A DNA stretch of 31,445 nucleotides from an uncultured Gemmatimonadota bacterium (lineage in GTDB: Bacteria; SM23-81). The stretch spans positions 1 through 31,445 of the forward strand of contig CAZOYL010000016.1 of the NCBI GenBank assembly GCA_964584035.1, written 5' to 3'. The position numbers and the translations under genes are program-made. The notes under the pieces were generated by a model. The model was not told the origin of the DNA, did no database searches, and saw only the letters and a list, made by a program, of their open reading frames with translations. Positions 1-7,143 of this stretch are shown in pieces (within the stretch, counting starts at the first letter, position 1; each line of letters begins with the position of its first letter).

Positions 1-104
1 TCGCTCGGTCAGTAAAGAGGTTTTCCCGCTGGCCAGATCTCAAGGTCGAAGAAATCTTCTCGGAGCTTTTTTAAGATGGCGAAAGGGCAAATGATCGCCC
101 CCGA

Positions 105-341
105 TCGACCATGAGAGCGGCCATCAGCCTGTGCCGGCACCAAAAGGCCGGCCGAATCGTGGCCGCCTCACCGGTCAGCGGCATTTCGACAGCTCGGGAG
201 TTCGAGAACCTGGCCGATGAGGTGGTTATCCTGACCACACCGGACCTGTTCCGCGCCGTCGCTGAAGTCTATGATCATTGGTACGACGTATCGGACGAGG
301 AGGTCATCGGCATCCTGAAGAAATGGCAGCGGGAACGATGA
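105..341 (+). pseudogene. C-terminal fragment of a phosphoribosyltransferase-family protein (5'-truncated)
   Basis: STMRAAI...IVAASPV...ADEVVIL.TP..F.AV...Y..W.DVSDEEV matches the C-terminal half of PRT proteins. The PRPP-binding loop (DDGxATG) is missing, and an in-frame TAA at 72-74 prevents 5' extension. Confidence 0.65.
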
Positions 342-357
342 CGGCAGAGGAGGGTGC

Positions 358-819
358 ATGAGGAAAGAACCGGGCACGCATCATCAGATGGACATTCCCA
401 GCAAGCAGGACCAACTCAAAAAGGTAATCGACTTCGTGGAAGGTCTGGCCCAGCAGGTCGGGTTCAGCGAAGATGCCATCGTGGATATCGCCATATCCAT
501 CTCGGAGGCGGTCAACAACGCCATCCTCCACGGCAACCGAAAAAATCCCCGCAAGAAGGTTCGCGTCCTGGTCGACACGATAGAGAACGGCATCGTTCTG
601 AAGATCAGGGACGAGGGCCGCGGCTTTACTCCCGTCGATCTCTGCGACCCCCGTGATCCTGACAACCTGATGAAGTGCAGCGGCCGGGGCATCCTGATTC
701 AAAAATCTCTCATGGACGAGGTCAATTTCCGTGCCGCCCCCGGCGGCGGCACCGAGGTGGAGTTGGTGAAAAAACTGCCCCCTCCCGCAGCGGGAAGAAG
801 GGATAAGCGATCGGCCTGA
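358..819 (+). CDS. rsbW: Anti-sigma factor / Ser-Thr kinase, RsbW-like (HATPase_c_2)
   Basis: GHKL motifs: EAVNNAILHGN (N box), IRDEGRGF (G1), GRGILI (G2), GGTEV. GAGGAGG RBS upstream. Confidence 0.85.
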   Translation: MRKEPGTHHQMDIPSKQDQLKKVIDFVEGLAQQVGFSEDAIVDIAISISEAVNNAILHGNRKNPRKKVRVLVDTIENGIVLKIRDEGRGFTPVDLCDPRDPDNLMKCSGRGILIQKSLMDEVNFRAAPGGGTEVELVKKLPPPAAGRRDKRSA

Positions 820-883
820 CGAAAATCCCTGCATCCTGCTCTTTGCCGGCCCCCAATTTCTGACACTTCCTTACAACGGCTCG

Positions 884-3157
884 GTGCGTCAAGTGACAGC
901 AAATTTATTCATAGCCGGTGTCTATCTGGCGGGTGGACTGATCCTGTTCCTGCTGGGCACCGTCATCCTGCGGGAAAACCCGCAGGAGCGCGTCAACCGG
1001 GTGACCGGCACTATGATGTTCTTCGGGGGCCTGGGTCCCATCCTGGCCGCCTTCGGCAACGTGCTGGTCTCTCTGCGGCCGGACGCTCATATCCTGCAGT
1101 CCGGTTTTTACTATAATTTTTTCTACCTGTGGGAATTCTTCTTTCCCCAGCTGGTCTTTTTCTCTCTTATCTACCCGGCGGAGCACCGCATCATCCGGCG
1201 TCATCCGCGGATATGGATCTGGATCTTCCTGCCGCACCTGTTTCACCTTCTGGTGATCCTGATCTTCTCCGGCCCCGACCAGATCCTGTCTCTTCTCAAT
1301 CCCGGACATGTGGGCAACCGTCTGGGCCCCCTGGCGGAAGTGTTCCAGGTTTTCCTGAAAACGCTTTCCCTGCTGCTGGCCGGTCTCTATCAGGTTCATA
1401 TCAAGTTCTTTTCTTCCATCAACCTGCTCTATGTGATCGTCGCCATCGTCTTTCTCAGCCGGGGCTACCGCACCCTGAAGGACCCGATACAGAAAAGGCA
1501 GGCCCGAACCGTTCTCTGGGGCGTTCGGGGAAGCGTCGGCCTCTACGCCCTGGCGATCCTGGTTCCCGTCATCGCGCCCGTCCATCTTCCGCCCTTCGTC
1601 CGATCCTCCTTTGTCATGGTGGCCCTGTTGTTCGGGGCCGGAGCTATCGCCTGGGGCATCGTCCGCCATCAGTTCCTGGGGCTGCGCAATATCGTCCGCC
1701 AGGGCATCGTCTACTCGGCCACCACCGGTGTCCTGCTGACGGCCTATCTGATCGTCATCCGCCAGCTGAACCATCTGGTGACCAACACCCTTGGGGTTCA
1801 GATCCCCTATCTGGACATCGCCTTCGTCATCATCGCCGTGATCTTTTTCCAACCGCTGCTGGGCCGGATGGAGGAGTTCTCGGAGCGATTCTTTCGAAGA
1901 GAGCGCTCCGATTACCGAAACATCCTGCGGCGCCTGACCCGGGACATCATCTCTATTTTCGAGATCGAGCGACTTCAGGAGCGCATCACGACCACCTTCC
2001 GGGCGGCCTCCCTGACCGACCGAACAGCCCTCATCCTGCGCGACGAACCGAACGGCCGGTTCTCGGTCCTGGCCCCGGAAACGAATCCCTCCGGCGATAT
2101 CAGCTTCCAGGAGGAGGACCGGACCATCAAGCTGATGGCCAGCGTCCGGGGACCGACCACCCGCCGGGAGATCGAGACCTTTCTCGAGGAGAAGGATAAG
2201 GACAAACTGGACCGGCTGGGAGCCTATCTGCTGATCCCCATCTCTCATGGGGAGCGATTGCTGGGCGTCCTCTGCCTGGGCCGAAAGATGGGCGCCCGGC
2301 GGTATAATCTGGAAGACGTGACCATGCTCTCCGTGCTCAGCGGGCAGATGGCCATCGCCCTGGTGAACGCCCGGCTCTACCAGGAAACTCTGGAAAAGAG
2401 GCGTTTCGAGGAAGATCTCTCCCGGGCCCGCCAGATCCAGGAAACCCTGCTGCCCAAGAGCAGCCCCTCGGGGGAGCACTTCATGGTCTCGGCTCTGAAT
2501 CGTCCCAGCCGTCTGATCGGCGGCGACTATCACGACTTCGTGACCACCCGGGAAGACCTTCTGGGCATTGCCATCGGGGATGTCTCCGGCAAGAGCCTGC
2601 CGGCTGCCCTGCTGATGGCCGTGCTGCAGGCCAGTTTCCAGGCTCAGGTGCTCAATGTCCTTCCGGTTCGGGAAACGGTCGCCAGGGTCAACAATCACAT
2701 GGCTCGTTTCACCGCCCCGGATCAGTTCGCCACGTTCTTTTACGGCGAGCTAAATCTGAGAAACGGTGCGTTCACCTACTGCAACGCCGGGCATAATCCG
2801 CCCCTGCTGCTCCACGCCGGCGGCTGTATAGAGGAACTGACGACGGGCGGGCTGGTCCTGGGAGTGATGGGCGATATCGTCTATGATGAAGGGACCATCT
2901 CGCTGGTTCCGGGCGACACCCTTTTTCTGTATACCGACGGCGTCACCGAGGCGAAGAATTCCCTGGACGAGGAGTTCGGGGTGGAGCGACTCACCCGCCT
3001 GCTTCGCGACATGCACCGGCTGCCGCCGGACGATCTCCTGAATATCATCTTCGAGGAGGCCAACAGGTTTTCAGCCGGCGACCTGTTGCAGCAGGATGAC
3101 ACCACCATGCTGGTGCTCAAACTGGACGATGGCTTTCACCCTGAAGACGGGACCTGA
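884..3157 (+). CDS. Membrane-bound GAF + SpoIIE/RsbU-type PP2C phosphatase
   Basis: Multi-TM N-terminus, a GAF-like region (LLIPI..GERLLGVLCLG), and PP2C motifs IGGDYHD, IGDVSGK, NAGHNPP, LYTDGVTE, DDTT. Adjacent to the RsbW-like kinase. Confidence 0.9.
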   Translation: MRQVTANLFIAGVYLAGGLILFLLGTVILRENPQERVNRVTGTMMFFGGLGPILAAFGNVLVSLRPDAHILQSGFYYNFFYLWEFFFPQLVFFSLIYPAEHRIIRRHPRIWIWIFLPHLFHLLVILIFSGPDQILSLLNPGHVGNRLGPLAEVFQVFLKTLSLLLAGLYQVHIKFFSSINLLYVIVAIVFLSRGYRTLKDPIQKRQARTVLWGVRGSVGLYALAILVPVIAPVHLPPFVRSSFVMVALLFGAGAIAWGIVRHQFLGLRNIVRQGIVYSATTGVLLTAYLIVIRQLNHLVTNTLGVQIPYLDIAFVIIAVIFFQPLLGRMEEFSERFFRRERSDYRNILRRLTRDIISIFEIERLQERITTTFRAASLTDRTALILRDEPNGRFSVLAPETNPSGDISFQEEDRTIKLMASVRGPTTRREIETFLEEKDKDKLDRLGAYLLIPISHGERLLGVLCLGRKMGARRYNLEDVTMLSVLSGQMAIALVNARLYQETLEKRRFEEDLSRARQIQETLLPKSSPSGEHFMVSALNRPSRLIGGDYHDFVTTREDLLGIAIGDVSGKSLPAALLMAVLQASFQAQVLNVLPVRETVARVNNHMARFTAPDQFATFFYGELNLRNGAFTYCNAGHNPPLLLHAGGCIEELTTGGLVLGVMGDIVYDEGTISLVPGDTLFLYTDGVTEAKNSLDEEFGVERLTRLLRDMHRLPPDDLLNIIFEEANRFSAGDLLQQDDTTMLVLKLDDGFHPEDGT

Positions 3158-3855
3158 TGAAAAAGAAAAATGACGACATCGGCCGCCCGCCAAAGGTGCG
3201 TCGCAGCTGGAAGATCAAGCCCTATACCCGCGTTCATTCCAGCGGGAAAAACTATGATCGCCAAAAACAGCGGGATGATGATGAGCGGGACATCGCCGAG
3301 ACCCTCCGGAGATCGAGCTCCGGCCGGAAAGCCCCCGATCCCGGATTCCGCTTTTGTCCCCGCTGCGGCGGCCCCCTGCGATCCAGACAGGTGGCCGGCC
3401 GGCGGCGGCAGACCTGCACCCGGTGTGATTTCATCCATTACGACAACCCGGTGCCGGCGGTGGCGGCCATCGTTCCCCGCGGAGACCGCATCGTCCTGGT
3501 GCGCCGGGCGGAAGAGCCCCGCCGGGGAGACTGGTGCCTGCCGGCCGGATTCCTGGAGCAGGATGAAACGCCGGAGGAATGCGCCGTGCGGGAGACCCGC
3601 GAGGAAACGGGCCTGGATATCCGTGTGACGGAGCTGTTCGGCGTCGACATCGGCCGCGACGACCCCCGCACCAGGGTGGTGCTGATCATCTACCTGGCCG
3701 AGCTGTTGGGCGGGGAGATGCGGGCCGGCGATGATGCTTCAGAGGCGGGCTGGTTCGGTCCCGGGGAACTGCCCGAGCGGATCGCCTTCGCCACGCACCG
3801 GCGCGCCATCGCCGGATATTTCGGAGACCCCCATGAGCAGGATCTTAGCCCTTGA
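3157..3855 (+). CDS. NUDIX hydrolase with zinc ribbon and a basic N-terminal extension
   Basis: CPRCG...CTRC ribbon followed by Nudix box GFLEQDETPEECAVRETREETG. Start overlaps the upstream stop (TGATG). Confidence 0.85.
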   Translation: MKKKNDDIGRPPKVRRSWKIKPYTRVHSSGKNYDRQKQRDDDERDIAETLRRSSSGRKAPDPGFRFCPRCGGPLRSRQVAGRRRQTCTRCDFIHYDNPVPAVAAIVPRGDRIVLVRRAEEPRRGDWCLPAGFLEQDETPEECAVRETREETGLDIRVTELFGVDIGRDDPRTRVVLIIYLAELLGGEMRAGDDASEAGWFGPGELPERIAFATHRRAIAGYFGDPHEQDLSP

Positions 3856-4261
3856 TCCCGGCTCGCGCCGGATCGGTCTGGCCGTCAGCGATCCCACCGG
3901 CACGCTGGCTCAGCCGCTCCCGCCGGTCGATCGGGCCGGAGGCCGGAGCTGGGCCGATGCTGTGGCGGAGCTGTCCGGTCAGCTGGAGGTGGTCGAGATC
4001 GTCGTCGGGCTGCCCCGCAACATGGACGGCAGCGAAGGACAGGCGGCGGCCGATGCCCGGCAGATGTCCGAGACACTCCGGTCCCGGGTCGACGTCCCGG
4101 TCAGCCTGTGGGACGAGCGGCTGACCACGGTGGCGGCGGAAAGAATGTTCCGCGAATCCGGAGTGAACACCCGCCGGGCGCGAAAGCACGTGGACAGCGT
4201 GGCAGCCGTTCTTATCCTGCAGGGATATTTAGATCATCGGAAGAAGACTATTGAAGATTGA
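3833..4261 (+). CDS. ruvX: Holliday junction resolvase-like / pre-16S rRNA nuclease YqgF
   Basis: Motifs ILALDPGSRRIGLAVSD, VVGLPRNMDGS, DERLTT, VDSVAAVLILQ. Start reassigned to ATG 3833, after GGAG. Confidence 0.93.
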   Translation: MSRILALDPGSRRIGLAVSDPTGTLAQPLPPVDRAGGRSWADAVAELSGQLEVVEIVVGLPRNMDGSEGQAAADARQMSETLRSRVDVPVSLWDERLTTVAAERMFRESGVNTRRARKHVDSVAAVLILQGYLDHRKKTIED

Positions 4262-5085
4262 ATAGAGAGACCACTCCGGGATTGTATTCGTCGCTCATGT
4301 TCTTCACAAGGCTTACCATCTTGGACCTCACTCTGAGACATCGTTTCATCTCCGGCATCCCGGCCCTGGAGCTGTCTGCGCCGCCGTCCGTTGGAAAACA
4401 ACCCCTGGTCATCATGATACACGGGCTGGAGGCCGCCAAGGAAACTGTTTTGCCATACGCCTACCGCCTGGCTCAGGCCGGCCTGTACACGGTCTGCTTC
4501 GACACCCGTGAGCACGGCGAGAGAACCAGCCCGGCTTTCCAGGCGGCCTCTCGCCCGGAGAAGATGAGCCGGCTCTATGACATCATCTTCGCCACCGCTG
4601 CGGACATCGACACCGTCATCGGTGACTTCGCCGATCGTTCCCGGATCGATATCGGCCGGATCGGGCTGGTGGGCTTCTCCATGGGCGGGATGATCATCTA
4701 CCGCTATCTGACCCGCGGAAGACACCCCGGCGTCAGGGCGGCCGCGGCCATCATCGCCACGCCCGCATTCGTCCGGAAGATCGAAAGCGATATGGCCCGT
4801 GATCCGGTTCTGGCCGGGTTGGTCGATGAAAAAGTCCTTTCGGAGATCGCCGCCCGCGACCCGTCCAGCCGCTTTTCGGCGCTGCGGGACCTGCCGCTGC
4901 TGATCCTCAACGGCACGGCCGACGGACACATGCCCATCGATGACATCAGGGATTTCTATCGTCAGGCCAAGGATCTTTACGACCACAAGGACCGTATCCG
5001 GATGGTGGAATATGAAGGCGCCGAGCACGTCATCAGGCCGGAGATGATGGCGGAAACGGCCGGCTGGATGCAGCGTCATCTGTAA
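4258..5085 (+). CDS. Alpha/beta hydrolase (esterase, YjfP/YitV-like)
   Basis: HG oxyanion motif, GFSMGG nucleophile elbow, NGTAD Asp and AEH His. Exact start uncertain. Confidence 0.82.
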   Translation: MNRETTPGLYSSLMFFTRLTILDLTLRHRFISGIPALELSAPPSVGKQPLVIMIHGLEAAKETVLPYAYRLAQAGLYTVCFDTREHGERTSPAFQAASRPEKMSRLYDIIFATAADIDTVIGDFADRSRIDIGRIGLVGFSMGGMIIYRYLTRGRHPGVRAAAAIIATPAFVRKIESDMARDPVLAGLVDEKVLSEIAARDPSSRFSALRDLPLLILNGTADGHMPIDDIRDFYRQAKDLYDHKDRIRMVEYEGAEHVIRPEMMAETAGWMQRHL

Positions 5086-5129
5086 ATTATCCCCTCAGCG
5101 CGAGAATCACATTATACAGCCATAAGGAG

Positions 5130-5879
5130 GTGGCCGTGAATACGGAGAACGTGAATGCCCCCGGCACGAATGCCCCCGACGCGAACCAGTCGAATATAGG
5201 CACCGGAAGGTGCGTCGCCCCCTTCCCGCCGGGGGTGATGTCCAGCTACCGGAACGGCTGGCACCAGCTATGGAGCAACATCCTGGAGCTGTTCATCATC
5301 GGATTGATCTACTTCATCATCGCCCTGCCCAGCTGGGCCATGTCCAGCACCGCGGAGAAGATGGAGTGCGCCGGCACCATGCTGGGTTTCATGGCGTTGT
5401 TCTACGGACTGCTGCTGCTCAACCCCCTGGAATACGGGGTCGACTTCGCCTATCTGAAGGCCGCCCGCGGTGACCGGCTGGAGATCAAGGACATGTTCGC
5501 CGTGTTCCAGAACTACTGGGCCGCCGTGCTGGCCAATCTGCTGGTCGGGGTCATCATCGTCATCGGCATCTTTCTGTTGATCGTCCCCGGCATCATCTTC
5601 GCCTGCCGGCTGGCTTTCGTTCCCTATCTGGTGGTGGATCGCAAGATGGAGACCATAGAGGCCGTCAAGAAAAGCTGGCACATGACCCGGGGCCATGCCG
5701 GCAAGATCTTTCTTATGGGACTTCTGGCCATCCCTATCGTGCTTTTGGGGCTGATCTGTCTGGGAGTCGGCGCCATCCCGGCGATCATGTGGATCCAGGC
5801 GGCCTTCGCCTCCCTGTACCACGCCGTATCGGTCGAGGAGCAAAGCAAACAGCCGGCCGCGCCGGCAGCTGCAGCGTAA
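5130..5879 (+). CDS. Integral membrane protein, DUF975-like
   Basis: Several TM segments, FLLIVPGII and EAVKKSWHMTRG motifs, perfect TAAGGAGG RBS. Confidence 0.75.
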   Translation: MAVNTENVNAPGTNAPDANQSNIGTGRCVAPFPPGVMSSYRNGWHQLWSNILELFIIGLIYFIIALPSWAMSSTAEKMECAGTMLGFMALFYGLLLLNPLEYGVDFAYLKAARGDRLEIKDMFAVFQNYWAAVLANLLVGVIIVIGIFLLIVPGIIFACRLAFVPYLVVDRKMETIEAVKKSWHMTRGHAGKIFLMGLLAIPIVLLGLICLGVGAIPAIMWIQAAFASLYHAVSVEEQSKQPAAPAAAA

Positions 5880-5920
5880 AGGGGACGGCAGCTCCCAGTC
5901 CCTTCCAACGAGGAAAATCC

Positions 5921-7114
5921 ATGTCCGACATCGCTCCCGGATCGGCGGCCCAAGGGCGCAACAAGGTCTGGATCCGGGGCGGAGTGGTCCGCCACTTCGC
6001 CCGCCTGCTTGGATACCTGCTGTTGATCCCGGTTCAACTGGTCATCCTGCTGCTTTCCGCCGTGATCTATGCCGCGGCCTGGACGGTCCACCACATCGGC
6101 TTCCGGGGCCGGCTCCGAAAGCTCTCCTGGGAACCGGTCATCGTGGTGCTGCTGTCGCTGATCGTGTTCCTGTTCATGACCCTCTATGGTCCCTTTCCGC
6201 CCGGCGGAACGGCCGGCGGCGAGAAAATGGTGGTGGTCAGGCGGGGCATGGGCGTCCGGGAGATCGCCGACCTGCTGGCCTCCGAGGAGATCATCCCCAG
6301 CGCCAATCAGTTCCTGCTGCTGTCCCGGCTTCTGGGTTTGGAAGGCCGCCTCCAGGCCGGAAAATACGCCCTGGAGACCGGATCGCGGCCGCTGGAGGTG
6401 GCCCGCCGCCTGTCCCGCGGAGGGGTCGTCTCTCAGATGGTCACCATTCCCGAGGGTCTGTCCATCCGGCAGACGGCCGCCCTGTTGACAGAGGAATCCG
6501 GAGTCGACGCCGAGCGCTTCCTGGCCCTGGCCAACGATGCCGAGACCGCCCGGCAATACGGCATCACCGGAGAGAGCCTGGAGGGCTACCTGTTTCCCGA
6601 CACCTACGGCCTGTACTGGAGCATGCCGGCCCGGGAGGTGATCGAGGTCATGGTCGGCAGGTTCCTGCAGGTCTACGATGCGGATATGGCCCGGCGGGCC
6701 CGGCAGCTGGGCTTGAGCCGCCACGAGGTGATCACCCTGGCCTCCCTGATCGAGGAGGAGGCCCGGATGGATGAAGAACGGCCGCTCATCTCGGCCGTCT
6801 ATCACAACCGCCTGAAAGCGCGCATGCTGTTGCAGTGCGATCCCACCGTGATCTACGCTCTGGGCGGGAAAACCACGCCCCTGACCCGGGATGATCTGCT
6901 GGTCGACTCTCCCTATAACACCTACCGTCATCCCGGCCTGCCGCCGGGCCCGATCAGCAGTCCGGGCCGCGCCTCTATCCTGGCGGCGCTGTCTCCGGCC
7001 GGGGTGGACTATCTCTATTTCGTGGCCAACGGCGACGGCAGCCATCATTTTTCCCATACCAGCCGGGAACACATCAACGCCGTCCGCCGCATCCGCAAGA
7101 ACGTGGGCGGCTGA
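5921..7114 (+). CDS. mltG: Endolytic transglycosylase MltG
   Basis: Motifs TIPEG, LEGYLFPDTY, LASLIEEE, LQCDPTVIY, SPYNTY..PGLPPGPI, YLYFVA. ATG 5921 follows GAGGA. Confidence 0.95.
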   Translation: MSDIAPGSAAQGRNKVWIRGGVVRHFARLLGYLLLIPVQLVILLLSAVIYAAAWTVHHIGFRGRLRKLSWEPVIVVLLSLIVFLFMTLYGPFPPGGTAGGEKMVVVRRGMGVREIADLLASEEIIPSANQFLLLSRLLGLEGRLQAGKYALETGSRPLEVARRLSRGGVVSQMVTIPEGLSIRQTAALLTEESGVDAERFLALANDAETARQYGITGESLEGYLFPDTYGLYWSMPAREVIEVMVGRFLQVYDADMARRARQLGLSRHEVITLASLIEEEARMDEERPLISAVYHNRLKARMLLQCDPTVIYALGGKTTPLTRDDLLVDSPYNTYRHPGLPPGPISSPGRASILAALSPAGVDYLYFVANGDGSHHFSHTSREHINAVRRIRKNVGG

Positions 7115-7143
7115 CCCGGCCCTCACCAGACCGTCGAGGAATC

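Noticed and set aside
1..74. 3' end of an upstream gene (frame ending ...KVEEIFSELF, TAA 72-74)
   Set aside because: Too short to support a call.
905..2698. Long reverse-strand ORFs (also 5624-7126, 7981-9888, 10458-11516, 19216-20760)
   Set aside because: Antisense shadows of well-supported + strand genes in GC-rich DNA, with no recognisable motifs.
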